From positions 2,282,507 to 2,346,506 of the forward strand of contig MU053376.1 of assembly GCA_013239625.1 (NCBI GenBank): a stretch of DNA of 64,000 bases, read 5' to 3'. The translations under genes were made by a program, and so were the position numbers. This document shows positions 37,830-51,700 of this stretch, in pieces. The notes under the pieces were generated by a model. It worked only from the letters and a program-made list of their open reading frames with translations. It was not told the DNA's origin and did no database searches. This stretch comes from Lama guanicoe. Its lineage: Eukaryota. The number at the start of each line of letters is the position of its first letter. Position 1 is the first letter of the stretch.

Positions 37830-38790
37830 GTTGATTCTCTATCTAAGATGAATCTTATCATCTTCTGTCTCCAGTCTCACAGTCATCCAGCAAGACGGTG
37901 CCTTACTCAGCACATGTACCACCATCTATCCCCAACATGCAAGCCAGACAGCTAGAAATAACTTGTTGGTTCCTCCCTCTCCCTTACCAACCTATCTCCA
38001 ATCTATTACCAGCTCATCCAGATTTTTCTTCACAAACATCTGTCTAATCTGCCCACTTCTCTCCATGTGCAACTTCATCAGCAACATTTACCTGGTTCAA
38101 GCTACCATCTTATTTCTCCTGGGCTCCAAATAAATGCCCAATTGATATTCTAATGTCCATTCTCCAAGCTGTTCTCCGTTTCACAGCCCAAGTGATCATT
38201 TCCAAACACCAATCTGATCATGACCCTCCTCCTGCTTAAGCCCTTTAATGACTTGCCACTTTCCCTTTCTGGGTAAAATAAGGACCCATATTCTCAATAC
38301 TGTTTACAATTCCCTTTCTCATCTGACCCTGACTGTTTCTTCTGCCTCAGCTTTCAACACTCTCTACTTCCCTCTGCATTCTGATCTTATTGGCTTTCCT
38401 CCCCTTCTCCCTTCCATGATCCATGCTCTCTCCTACCACAGGGCCTTTGCACATGTAGTTCTTACTTTCTGGATTGTGCATCCCCCTCTCTTCATCCTTC
38501 AGTTCTCAGCTTAGATGTTACTTCCTCAAATGAGTTTTTCCTTATTCTTCAGGCTCAGCAAGGTCGTCTGGTAAATATTCTCAAGACATCTTGTTCCTTT
38601 CCTTCATAGTACTATGTCAGTTTGTAATTACACACATTGCTACATGGTCACTCAGTTGATCTCCATCTCTCGCATTAGACTGCTCTCCACAAGGGCAAGG
38701 CTCATGTCTGTTTTTGATCATCGTTGTTTGCCTAGCATTTAGCACAATTCTGAGCACACCCAAGGTTCTCACTAAACATTTGTTGATGAA
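37830..38790 (+). mobile_element. L2 remnant with 3' tail
   Basis: cagggcctttgcacatg, attagactg...gggcaagg...cctagcatttagcaca...aaacatttgttgatgaa. Confidence 0.65.
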
Positions 38791-39849
38791 CCGAGGGACT
38801 GAGTGTGTGCTTCCTAAACTTTTTGGAGCTGTAACTGGCTGTGTTTGTCTTCTAGCTCATATAAAATAGAGGGTGAATGCACTTGGAAAGACAGCTACCC
38901 TCACAAACTATATGCCTATTCCCATTTAGCTTTTCCATTAAAAAAAAAAATCTGTCTCATGAATCTACACTCCTGGCAGATGTTAACCCAATCCCCCAGG
39001 GCTGTCCTATGTCAGAAGATGTCAGAAGAAGAAGGACCTTAGACATCAACTAATCCATATCTCTCATTTTACAGGTGGGCAAACTGAGGCCCAGAAAAGA
39101 GAGTGACTTTCCAGGCACTGGAGATAGTTAATGACAAAGGTGGAATCAGAACTCAATTCTCTTTGCGTTATTCCTCTTAAATCAATACGTAATTCCTTGA
39201 CTCAGATGAGTGTTAAATCGCAGAGTTCTCCTGGCCAGCACCAATAGCTGGGGGGGACTTGGGACTGTTCCTACTGAGGTCCCTTAAGCAGGAGGTTGGC
39301 TGTAAAGTAGGTGACCAATTGGTTTTACTCAAGAGTAGCTAAGGATGGTGCGCTTGCAGGGTGCACAGCCCTGTGACTGGGAGCTGGAGATGCGGGTGAG
39401 GGTGGCTTAGGTAGTTCCTTCTTAGGGGACTATTTCAAGCCTTAGAATATTTGCAGTCAGAGAAGAATTTCTCCCGCATTTTGTCTCTAAGACAGGACTG
39501 CAGTGGTGTTAAAGCGTCATTTGGCCTGCCCTGCCAGCACAGTACCCCCAAAGCACCGTCTCCTTCAGGAAACCTGATTCAAGACGGCAGAGACCCAAGA
39601 TTTCCCTTCATCTTGCCTCTTCTTGCCTTTATCTCTAAGACGTACCCCTGACTCTGTGTCCTCAACCACACTCCACGGGTTGAGGTGCGCACCTGCATTT
39701 CCCACGAGGAGTCAGCCACTCTCTCCTTCCTGGATTCATGCCGCTTCTCCTGTGATTGTGCTATTTACACACCCACTCAGGTCAGGACTCTCCAGGGCAG
39801 GGACTGAGGGTGTGCAGTTGTGCTCAGTGTGGTCCTAGACTCCCTTGGT

Positions 39850-40315
39850 CAGCTCTTCTCAAACTATTTAAATTCAGGACCTCTTTACATTATTAACAAT
39901 TATTGAAGACCCCAAAGAGCTTCCACTTCTGTGAATTGTATCTATCAATTTTTACCATATTAGAAACTAAAACTGAGAAATTTTTAAAAATCCATCTATG
40001 ACATTCTAAAGGAGTAATAATAAAAACCCATTACATTTAACATAAATAACATATCTTTTTTAATGAGAAATAACTATATTTTCCAAATCAGAGCACATTT
40101 AGTGAGAAGAAGGCATGGTTTGACATTTGTTCCAAAGCTCTTTAAATATCTGGTTTAATAGAGGAACTTACATTCTTACATCTGCTCCTACATCCAATCT
40201 GTTGCAATAGGTTGTTTGGGTCGAAGTATGTAAAGAAAATCCAGCCTCACAGAGATATGTAGTTGGAAAAGGGAGGACTTCCCAGCGTCCTTGGACCATC
40301 CTTTGAGAACCTCTG
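39850..40315. mobile_element. hAT-Charlie non-autonomous DNA transposon
   Basis: Imperfect terminal inverted repeats CAGctcTTCTCAAA / TTTGAGAAcctCTG around an AT-rich Charlie1-like interior. Confidence 0.7.
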
Positions 40316-41201
40316 GCTTAAACATTTGACAAAAATCGCTGGATGAGAATGGATGGGAGGAAGGTGATCAAAGTTTGGCCTCAGAGGAAGGGGTGGAGGA
40401 AATGCCCTCAGGTGCCTGGCCCGCACGGAGAAGGGAGACGCCTACTGCCTCACTGCTGTCTCCTTTATTCAGAGTTCCCCAATAGCCAGTGTGGTCCTTC
40501 GGTGCAGCCACTCCTGTGAGCATCACGTATGTCATGGAAGCTGCAGAGCCTCACACGCTGCGTTTTGTGGCTTCAAGTCAGAGCCCCTGGGGGGCCTGGG
40601 GCTGATCTGCAGTGCCCTACCTGTTACTGTAAGTCCCGTTTTCCAAAGGGCCGGGGCCCAGGACCAGGTTGTGGGGCTGGCGTGGTCAGGGGACTCCACT
40701 GCAGGGCTTTGGGAGGCTGTGGGAGGGACTTTACTGCAAGTCTTTTTTTGGGTTCTACTTTCCACTTCCACTTTTAATTCTCTCTCTCTCTCACTCGCTT
40801 GCTCTCTCCTTCAGTTCTGAAGGGTAGCTAAAAGCCCAGCTTTCTCTTTGGCTAGCCTTGTGCTTTCTCGGTTTCTAGAACAACCTTGAAAATAAAATCA
40901 GATATTTCCCAATCCCACAGGCCAGGTTAATCCAATCAAAGCAATGCAAGTCTCTGCTGATCGCCTGCCAAGCTGGGTGGCATAGGCAGTCAATGCGCTT
41001 TCATTAGTCTGGCTAATTCAGAAATCACTTTGAAAAGTGGGCACCCTTTTAGGAACTGGCACAGACATTGTGTATTCAAATTAAAACTCGATCCCTAGTT
41101 CCCCATTCAACTGTGGAACACCCTATAGACTGAGTCCTATTTTAAATCTAGAGCTGGACTAAGATCCCCTGAGATGCTTCAAACTTCAAACGTAGTTCAG
41201 A

Positions 41202-41544
41202 GGTTTGAGACCAGATGGTCGAGTAGAGGGACCCACTGCTCACTCTCTTCCACAAATCCACCAAGAATTACATCTACAATCCTACTGAATCGCACAGAAC
41301 GCCTCTGGAAATCTGGCAGAGTGCCTCTCATTGTGAAATACAGGTGCCTTCTCACAAAATCCGGTAAACAACAAATTTACACTGTATAACACAGGGAGCT
41401 ATATTCAATATCTTGTAGCAGCTTATGGTTAAAAAGAATATGAAAATGAATATATGTATGTTCCTATATGACTGAAGTATTATGCTGTACACCAGAAATT
41501 GACACATTGTAAACTTACTCTACTTCAATAAAAAATATATTAAA
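41202..41544 (+). mobile_element. Bipartite L1 derivative (L1 5'-end-like sequence joined to L1 3'UTR)
   Basis: TSD AAAC(G/A)TAGTTCAGA at 41188-41201 and 41545-41558. The 3' half matches the L1 3'UTR at 24400-24580; the 5' half resembles an L1 5'UTR start. Confidence 0.7.
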
Positions 41545-42783
41545 AAACATAGTTCAGAATACGTATCACTAAATTATAAAACAAAATGTAAGCAGAACCT
41601 CCAACAAGGTTCTGCTGCTGGTGATGATTCTATCAATGCTTAAAAATGGTATTCTTTCAAAAAATTGAACAGAATCTCTTTGTGCCTGACTTTTGGGTGT
41701 TTAGGGATTTTTCCTCGTCAGGTGACTCCAGCAGGAGTTTGGATATAAAGTAGTTGACCGATTGGCTTCACTGAAGAGTGGCTAAGGATGGTACAAGCAA
41801 GCTTCCCTGGTTTGGCAGCCCTCATATACCTCTGACAGCAAAGGCTGCATCTTTGACAGCCAAGCACACATCTTCCCCACTTGCCATCCCCACCCCCCGG
41901 GTCCAAGTGTTCAGTTACTGGAAACCACATGATGTGCCCTGCCTTTGGGCTCGTCTTTGCAGTAGAGTGTGGTGGTTAAGTGTGTGGGCTCTAAAGTCAG
42001 ACTAAATCTGCAACCCAGCTCTGCCCCTTACCATTGGTGTGACTTTGGGTTCAGCTCAGTTACTGAACTTTCCTCTGCTTCCGTATCAACAGCTGGAGGT
42101 GATGACCGGCACCGCGGGGCTGCGTTGTAAGAACTGAGTCAAATAGTGCATGTCCACAGGTGTGTGAGTGAGCCCCCGGCACTGAACAGGCAGTCAGGAC
42201 ATCTAAGCTGTGGCGGCTGAGGCTTTCCCATGGGGATGCTCAGCTGCTAGAGCAGGAGGTATCTCTTCGTGGATCCAAAGACTCAGAACAGGACAGATTC
42301 TCCACCCTAGTGTTCTGAGGATGTTACAGGGGGCAGAGAAGTCAACCCCTAGTCGAAAGAGCTCAGGCTCAGGTGTCCAGGATGGCTCCCAGCCCTGGAC
42401 TCCACTGAGAGATCCTGGACACGTCCCTTTCCATCCCTATGCCTTGCTTTCTGCACTTGTGAATGGGAGGCTTGATGGAGTGGTTCTGTGGAGGTAATTT
42501 TCAAATCTCACATCCTAGCCCTTTGTGTTTCTCCTGTTTCCCCTCCCCCACCCTGTCTACCCTCCCTGGCAGGCCTTAGCTGGCACTTGTGGTTCTGATA
42601 CAAAATTTCCCCCTTGGCCAAATCCACTAGGTCAGCTCAACACAGGACCCCCTGGGCCACTTCCAGCTCGTGGGTCCTGCCCGGTCCTGGAAGTGTCATT
42701 CTGTAAGGGGAACAAAACCTTTCGTGTATTCACCTGTATTTCCTTCTCGCAATCCTGGCCCCCCCGTGTTCTTGAGGTTGCAG

Positions 42784-42950
42784 TTTCGCTGTGAGTCAGA
42801 GCTGCTGAGAGCAGTGGAAATGAGCGGGGCCTCCGCTCACCAGGGAGGACATGATGCTGCCTTTTCCTCAAGAGCGTGGCCTGGGATGGGGGGTGGCGGG
42901 GGCGTGGGATGGAGGTGAGCACCTTCCGGAAGTGGATTTCTCACAATGAC
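42784..42950. promoter_or_regulatory. Candidate CNS-9-type IL10 enhancer (AICE + NFAT + ETS)
   Basis: TTTC-GCTG-TGAGTCA 42784-42798, TGGAAA 42815-42820, CCGGAAGT 42926-42933. Confidence 0.6.
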
Positions 42951-45900
42951 TGGCTCTGGGAGGAAAGAATATTACTGGAAAGCCCTTGAGATCGCTTCAC
43001 AACTCTTTCAGAAGGACCTTCACATTCTCAAGAAGTTATCCATGCTGTGCAGTAAAAGGTCTGCTGTTGGGATGTTGGCCACGAGCAGGCGAAGGCCAAA
43101 GAGGAAGTGTTCTGGATGTGGCTGGCTCCTAACTGGAGCCTCAGAGACTCAGGCTTTGAAGACATGAGTGAGGTCCCTCGACCCCTGGTCATATCCCATT
43201 GAGAAAAGAAGAGAAGGCAGGGAGCACTGGCCAGTGCTGGGAGCAGGCCATCTGACCAGCATGTGGAATGCTCACCTCCGGCAGGTTCCAAAGCAGCAGA
43301 TCCATGAGTTCAATGAAGGAAGTTCCCTGGAGCAAGTAGACGGGCGATCTGTAGGACAGAGAGATGTAGGTAGTGCCAAGGGACACACGGCCACCCCCAG
43401 CTCAGAAGTGCCTGTTTTCTATCCACTTAAATGGCATCGAATGGTTCTTTCTTTCCTTTCTGAAATAAAGAACCCCTTATCTCAGGAGACTGCTTCTGAG
43501 AAATCCTTTATGGAGTAACCAGTAACTTCCAGAGAGCCACTGGGGTCAGAGTCAAGAAGCAATGAAAAAGATGCAGGACTTGTTCGGTGCTGACCCCAGA
43601 AGCTGGGCTCTGTGCAGGGCTGGGTTGTGAGCTGGATCCCGGGGGAAGGAGAGTAGGTCGCCTGGGAGCTCTTCTTGGTCAAACATCGCAGAAGGCAGGG
43701 GTTTCACAAGAGGGGTTTCAAGTGAGGGTCCCCTAAGAGAGGAGAGTGGACAGGAACCTCCAAGGGGAGGGCGTGGAATGTGGTAAGAGGCGACCCAAGA
43801 CAACTTTGTCTATTTCAAATGTTGCCTAAGGCTGGTCACACATCCCCCAGGAGAAAGAAACTCTCCTTTGCAAATCTTGTAGACCCCAGCGCCCAAGAAC
43901 TTGAACTGAGATTGGGGCTATTTGTAGAATAACCCAATTGCATTGCAGGCTAGGAACAAATTAGTATTTTACAAGTGAGTTTCTGTGAAGACATAGTTCC
44001 AGGTTCCAAAAAAGTGACTTACAAACAACTGTGCATAAGCCAAAAGCCACCTGCACCGAAGTGTACAAACACGTACGTGGTCAAAGGGGCGGCAAAATTC
44101 GATTGTTTTGGAAAGGGATGGTCATGCGAGCTTGGGGCTGGGAATGTGGGAGGGAAGGACACCGCACATCCTCAGCAGGGTGTCGTGGGCAAACTGGCCC
44201 TGTAGCTCTGCCTTTGGAATCCAGAACCCCATATATACCTCCACTAAGGAAAACCTATCATATCTCTAAGAGAAAGAAATCTGTAATACCCCTCTCCTGG
44301 TCATGAGGAAAAAGTGGGATAAACGCTTGTCACGGTGCCTGGCACAGAATGAGCACGCAATGATAATTACCAGGCGGGCAATTCCTGGCTTACTATGTAA
44401 CGATGCTACAACGACTTCAGCCACCACTACCAGCACAGCTATGACTGTTGACACCACCACAATTTCGCTTTCCCTTCTGGGGCCTCTTGAAATGACTTTG
44501 AACATCCAAAGAGTGGGGCAAGAGGAGGGAGAGCTGGTATCCCTGCCGAGTCCTTCTAGCATGGGTGGGGGCTGCAGGGGACAGATGAGGCAGGGCCCTT
44601 GGTGGGGGCAGATGAGCTGGGAAGCAGCACATAGGAGCTTCTGGCCACTCTGACCACACAGCTGGGGCTTCTGTTTCATTTCAGGTAAAATCAGAGGCCT
44701 TTAGAGTAAACTGGGGGTGAGGAGGAGGAGCTGGGTTGCATGCAAGCGGCTACAGGGAGCCAGAGCTTGCTCCTGTAGAGGTTACAGTGATGGGAAAGTT
44801 GGGGTTAAGGTGGCTGGGGCCACTGCAACCGAGGTCTAGGGCTGCAGAAACAGTGCGAAGGTGCTGAGTTCTTGACATTGACCCCAGCCCTAGTCCTCTG
44901 CACTTCCCACCCCAGCCAAGCGAAAGGCCACGTGGAGGTTCCGCTCTAGATGGGAGTTACTGCCGTGACCATTCTAAGGACAATGAAATTAACTCTTTAT
45001 GAGGGTTGTTCCCTTCAAGCCCCGGCCGCCAGAGAACAGAAGGCATTCTTTATGTCATTTCTCCAGACCACTTCTCCCTCGTACGCCAGTATCATCACCA
45101 AACTCCCATTTGCAGGAATATTCAGCAGCAGCCTAGTGTCTTCAGAGCAGAACCCAGCTGCCCAGGCTTGGCATTCACATGTCCAAATGCCTTCACAGCC
45201 TTCTTTCCCACAGATTTCTTGCACCAGGTCGCTGGGCAAAACAAGAGGCTCCCACCTGCTGTCGGAAGATGCCCTGTTCTCTCTCAGCTCCTTGCTTCTA
45301 CTCCTGCCCTTATGGATCAGCAAGGACCTCCTCCTCTCCCTCCTTCCATCCAGTAGAATCCTCTAGAGCCATCCCTTCTGTGAAATTTTCTTTACCAATT
45401 GATCCTACTGAACTTTCTTTTTTAAACCCCCCAGTGTTATGACGACCCTTGGGCCACACTTGGTGTACACCACCAATTAAGGTTGTGAAGGGTATTTTCC
45501 TGTGTGTGTCCTTGTGTGTGTTGGTGTGTGTGTTTGCACACATGCCGTGCATGTACCAATGAGTGCATTTTGTCCTCAGGGCCTAGATCCATATTTCACA
45601 CACACCAGGGATGGAGAGGAGACAGTCTCTAGCTTAGTGTGAATATTTCGCTCATACTGATGAGCAGGTGGGTTTCAGATTCTTGAATAAAGAATGGTAA
45701 AGATCTGGGCCCGGGAGAAGGAGACCTGTTTGAGGTTTAGTCTTTCTTCTGAGTGGCTCTGGAGATGTCTTCAAACTTCAGTGAACCTCAGTTCTGTCTC
45801 TGTGAAATGGACAGACTCTTCCCTTGCAGGGGACCAGAGAGTTTGGCCAAAAGGCTGAAATACTTTAAGGCCACAAAACAGGTTAAGACAGGGAAGAGAT

Positions 45901-48695
45901 CGCCTCTTCATGGTCTTCTCCTTGACCCTGGTGGCTTTTCCCAGAACCAGCAGCAGGAGTCGGATCCAGGGGTGTCTCTTTCCTAGTCAGGCTGCGAACC
46001 ACCAAGCCCCACAGCCCCTTCCTGGATTTTGTCCTTCCCGCTCCCCTGGGTAGTACAGCCTGTCAGGCCTGGTAGAAATACCAACCACATCACTGCCATG
46101 GGAATCTGTGCTTTTTAGAGAGCTTCCTTCTAAAATCCCCCTCTGCCCAGGGTTCCCAGGGATCCTGAGAACCTTCCTTCTTGTGACATGGCTGGGGAAA
46201 CACACTGGTCTGCAGACCTCTTATTCATCTCAATCCGGAGATGGCAAGCTTAAGCAATCTGACCTGTTGTGAGCGTATGTGTGCTTGAGAGTGTGTGCGG
46301 GTATATGACTCTGTGCAGCTCTTCTATGACTAAGTGATGCCGGCTGTCTGCTACCATGTAATGTGTGTCTCCTGCGTGCCGTGGACCCGACGCAGCCTGA
46401 CCCCCGGCCGAGGGCCCTTGGACCCCTGCTGATGCTCCCAGCAGACTACTCCCTGGCCTAGTTAGTTTTCCTTTACGATGCTTTGATTCCGTGCTCTGTG
46501 CTTTATTTATATTATTTCACTTTAAGTTTTACAGCAATCTCAAGCGTTGATCCAATTATCAATCCTACTTTTAAAAAAAGTAAAATGAGGCTCAAGGGAC
46601 TCACTCTAGGTCATCCAGTTCGTAGTGACTGAAGTAGAAATGAGATCCCAGGTTTGACCCCAAAACTTAGACCTTAAGATAAAGACTATACCACGTAACT
46701 TCTTGGAAGAGCTAGAATTTTCTCAGCATAGCCATACCTGCTCTCTGAACTTCCCTTTTGGAAAACTACTAAACTATTTCTCTTCATTCCTTCTAAACTT
46801 CATTGACTGCCACTCCACCCACCTTCCCAATCTATTGCTTCAGAAAACATTGTCCACACACTCACATCCTCTGAAAGCATCTCCTAGGAAGCCTCTCCCA
46901 GATTCCAGTAAGTCTTGGAGATTGGACATGGTCCAGTTTAAATCCAAAGGCTTGTTGTCCATGGAGATTGATTTCCCAGTTTAACCATTATGAAGGAGAC
47001 TTACAAATTCTTACTCTAGAAGAGCAGTAGGATTCATGTAGTCCAGGTTCCTGCTTTCAAGACATGACCCAACAACCTGGCACAAATCCTTGTCTATTCT
47101 TCTGAAGCCTTTTAGAAAAGATTCCAAAATGTCTAATCATCCTGTGGGTCAAAATATTTTCTTCACCTCTTTCTATAAACCTATTGCTAGCTTCATGGAG
47201 CACCAGGAGGTCCAGATAATCAAACCTTCTTCCATTACCATTTGCCCTGGTGGGTGGAAATTAAACAGCCTCCACATGTCTAGAGCATAAAGGTTTACAA
47301 AGTGCCCTTCCAAGTAGTGTATCATTTGGTCCTCCCAGCCGCCCCAGGAAGTAGGCGAAGCCAGGGCTCTCACTGCAGCTTTCCAGATGAAGAAACTGCA
47401 GCTTGGAGATGTATGGAGTTAAGACTTGACTCCAAGTGCTTAAAACTGTCAGAGTTGAGAGGGATTTTTGAGTTTTTTTCTCCCCCCAGTTTATTTCCAT
47501 ATTAACTCTCTTTTTTCCAGATGAGGAAACTGAAGTTCAGAGCCTTTAAAGAATCTGCCTGCGTGGCAGAGTAGGCATGAGAAGTTTGATCTAATCAGGT
47601 CGTTTCTTTACCAGTATCACCATGCTGAAATAAACAGTGTAGCTTCAATAATTTTCAAAAAGTTAAAAAATGCCATTACACCTGAAATGAATATGATGTT
47701 CTATGTCAGTAATTGCTCAGTTTAAAAAACTGTTACAGGGGGTGGTCCTTCCGGACCCCCATCCTCTCCGTGTCCTGGAAGAAAACCCGAGTTCCATGAA
47801 ATTCCATCACTGCTGCTATTCAGCATTTGTCTGCCTGTGACCTGCCCATGGGCACGCAACAGCAGCCCGTCCCACTGCAATGATAGGAAAATTTCCAAAT
47901 AGAAAAAGAGTAAGAAAAAAACCCCAAGCTCGGCAACCATAGAAGATAAACAATGCTGAGTCTCAACTTGGTTCATCGGCAGAATTTTCCCCAGAGCCAA
48001 CGGCCCGTGGCAGAGCTGTATTTTCCACTCTGGCTACCGTGATTTGGTTGTGGCACACTTGCTTTCTTTCCTTTCGATGGAGACAGACTCTGACGCAGGT
48101 TTAGAGCTCTGACAGGTGTCTGGGGGTTTACACGCCCATCTCTGGCCTCTGACACCTCATTCCCTGGCCCCACCTCTCCTCCCTGCCTGATAGGACCAGA
48201 CCAGCTGGGGCAGAGGCAGTTAGAGGTGCTGGAAAGGAGTTAGGGTTTTGCCATCTCAGAATCCCCTTAGCATGTGCCCACCGCCTAAAGGCAGGGCAGG
48301 CAGGGCAGGCAGGGCAGAAGGCAGGAGCCTGGATTCTTGGAACGCGTCTCTTATTCCCGAAAGTTTGGGGGGACTTGATAGTTGACATTTTATATCATCC
48401 CTTGTTCCTTCTTGCTAAGCTGTTCTGTCTTGGGTGATGCTTGTGTGTGCGAGACACGTGTGGACAGGAGGGCTTTTCCAGGGCTGGTCAGATTTACCAT
48501 GTCACCTGATGACCATCTGAAAGATGGACAGTGCCTGTCGCATCCACCAACAGTGAGATTCCACCTGTAGGGCCAGTGACCTTGTCCAGTTCCTCCTCAG
48601 GAAGAAGGCTGTTTCCAGGGACTGGTTTTTTTGTTTGTTTGTTTGTTTTTGTTTTTAAGATAGTAGCATTATATTAAAGTGAAACCATTTTCTTA

Positions 48696-48718
48696 AAAAA
48701 GAAAGAAAGAAAGAATGA

Positions 48719-48749
<31 letters not shown>

Positions 48750-48798
48750 GAAGAAAGAAGGAAGGAAAAAAAGAAAGAAAGAAAGAAAGAAGGAAAAA
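48696..48798. repeat. (GAAA)n purine-rich microsatellite
   Basis: Direct read. Confidence 0.9.
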
Positions 48799-51700
48799 GG
48801 CGCCAGTGTTAGTTTTAACAATGAGATTATACATTCCAGGCAGCTAAGCTCTGACACTGACGCAATGTGTGCCCTGCTTCTGGGCCCCCGGGAAGGCACC
48901 CGGGGAGCCCCTCAGCCCCCAGGTGACAGGAAGGAAGGAGGAGGCAGCATTCCATTCAGGAAACTCTGCCATAACAGAAGGAGGGAAATGGGCAAGCAGG
49001 TGTATGTGGAAGCTTTCACCAGCCGGATGTCACCTCACCCTCCCTGGATGGGAGAACCGATCAGTGAACATGCGTCCGTTATCAGGGCAAGGCTGAGCAA
49101 TTTCCCGGTGGCCCAGCTGTCGGCTGTGTTCAGTGGCTCTCAGGTTTTGAGTTAGTTCTCTGCATGCTGTGCTGACCCCCAGCTCTCCCTGTTCCCGCAC
49201 CCAGCCCTCCGGTGCCCTCTCCTCAGCTCTCTGGCTTTCAAACCTCAGGGTGGTTTGCATTACCACCAATTTTACTCTTACCAGGTGCTCCTTTTCTTCT
49301 CCTCCTACAAAACCCCCATTTTCTTGAAGGTAATTAGCCAACGGAACACTGAAAAATAGGTTATAACTGCAATTTCTCACCCTCCCACGAGAACTCATAT
49401 AGTTATATTGCATACAGGGTATTTAAGTAAACTGGAGGGTTTCTGTCTGTCTCTCTCTTTCTCTCACTGTGTGTGTGTGTGCATTTGAGGGCAGGATAGG
49501 GGCAAGCCCTGGGCCTTCCCAGACTGGTTGGATTTATCATCTCATTCGCCCTTCCCGATACACAAAAGATGAATAGTACCAGTCATGGCCAGATGCCCAC
49601 TTCCCTGGAATTGCCCCATGCTGGTAATATCTGTGGCTTTTAAGGACTGAGTTTGTTCTAAGCTTCTGAGGGAACCTGGGAGAATGCAGAAAGTCCACCC
49701 TGCAAATAATTTACACCCAAACCACCCACCCACCCACCCACTTCCTGAATAAACATGACTGGGTACTCCTGAGCCCGGGGGCAGGTCTGAATTCCTTAGA
49801 CGGTCTTCTTCCCCAGTCCCAACCCGGGCATGGCCTCTGCCCACTCCCCGTCATGTTAAAGGCTGGATTTAATTAACAGTAGTGGATGCTCTCAGCCAAG
49901 GCCAGTCTAGGAAAACCCAGGTAATGAAAACATGATTGTCCTGGCTGCCTCTTCGCTGTTTAGCGCATTCGTGTTAATTCCCTGGTCCCTCAGACTGCCC
50001 CTCTGTTGGGAGTGGTTTGCACTCTGAAAACAGTGGGAGGAAGGACTTTCAGGATCAATTACAGAGCAGATCAGAAGAATGTGTGTTGTCAACGTGTTTG
50101 TGGGATACCCAGGCAGGCCACTGATCAGCACCTTGGAGGGCCTGGAGTTGACTCTCGACTAGGCCTTCTGCATGTGACTTTTCTAGTTTCCGACATTTCG
50201 GTCTCTCCATCTCAGGTGGAGTTTGTCTTCTGAGACATTTGGGGAGGGGTGTGACTATTTTTAAAATAACACGAGGCAGCACGTGAGCCAAGTCCCAGGA
50301 AGGGAAAGCCATGAATCAGGAGTCGTGTAGCAAGACAGGGTTTTCCTCCAGGCCGGCTTTGGTCAGCACGGGTCCATGGTTCCCTCGAGGGATTCCCCGA
50401 CGACACGACCCAGCGGCCACACTCCAGCAGAATGCCTCCAATTCCCCCATCTGGCCTGACTCACCCCAGCCCCCAGATGGCTCAGTGACGCTCAGACATC
50501 CATCAGGGTGCCACTTGGAGAGTCAGACAGGGCCCCAGCTGGCACCCCCTCACCCACCACCAGGCTGGGCGGAAGGCTCAACAAAATGGCGTCTCCTCTC
50601 AGTTCTGGGAAAGAAAGTCTGGGCCATCCTTTCGCTCTCCATCTCACACCTGAAACCTCAAAAATCGGAAAAACACAAAGGCCGGAAAAATAGTATAATA
50701 ATTATCAATGCTTTCAAATTTCTGACACTCCTTGATTAGTCATAGCCGCAGTTTGGGTGGCTGTGATGATAACACCTCGCTGACCTCCTTAACAGTTCGT
50801 TGGTGATGATTAATTACCTCATCCAATCTCTGGGCAAGGGCGGAGGGTGCCTGGTGACAAGTTGGAGGTGCTGAGCTCCAGGCAGAGGAGAGTGGGACGA
50901 GCTGACACCAGGTGCGGGTAAAGCCCTAGGGGCGAAGGCTAATTTTAGTGCACCTGAGTCATGAGGCTGAATCCTCTTGTCAGAGATCATCACTCAGTGC
51001 CCCAAAGACATCTAGGTGGCTTCTGGCTCATGTCTCCTCTTGACTTTAGGTGGTAGGTGGACAGCGCTCTCCAGCACTTGGGTACCACGGCCAGGCCAGT
51101 CTTAGTACATCACTGACTGTGATCTTCCAGCTCCTCCCCAGTTTGGCCGCTGGCAGAGACATCTCATTGACCACCAGCTCAAGTCTAAATTCACATGAAC
51201 ACTTCATTTTCCCCCTCTGCAAAGTGGAAATAAAGATATCACCACTCTTGTTTGGAGGATAAAATGAAATAATAGGTGGAAAGTGCCTGGCACAATGAGT
51301 GGCATAGAGTAGACACTTAACGAATGGGGGTTTATTTCATTTCAGTTTCTGTCTCTGTCTGTCCCATCATATACTCCACTGTTCTGTCCCCTGCTCCCTA
51401 AACCACTGCCTCGTCCTGCCTTCCTGCCTCCCAGATAGTCAGTGATTCCATGTTACTGTGCCCCAGGCGCTCTTTCTCCACGAAGCCCCTTCCCACCGCT
51501 TCAGCCCTCACTGACATGCCCTTCTCTGAGCCTCGTATACGTCAGTGTGGCCCTTGACCCCTGTGGACCTTCTTGGGTCCTCTCTACTTGTGGCATGAAT
51601 GTAAATCCATCTTCCCGTATAGGCTGGAGTTTCTCAAGTTTAGGAACGGAGCTCTTTGCCCCTTTTGATTTCTATATTCAGCAGGTCACTAAGGGAACAG

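Noticed and set aside
48693..49155. Lys/Glu/Arg-rich or Phe/Ser-rich ORFs (also 61843-62205)
   Set aside because: Translations of (GAAA)n microsatellites.
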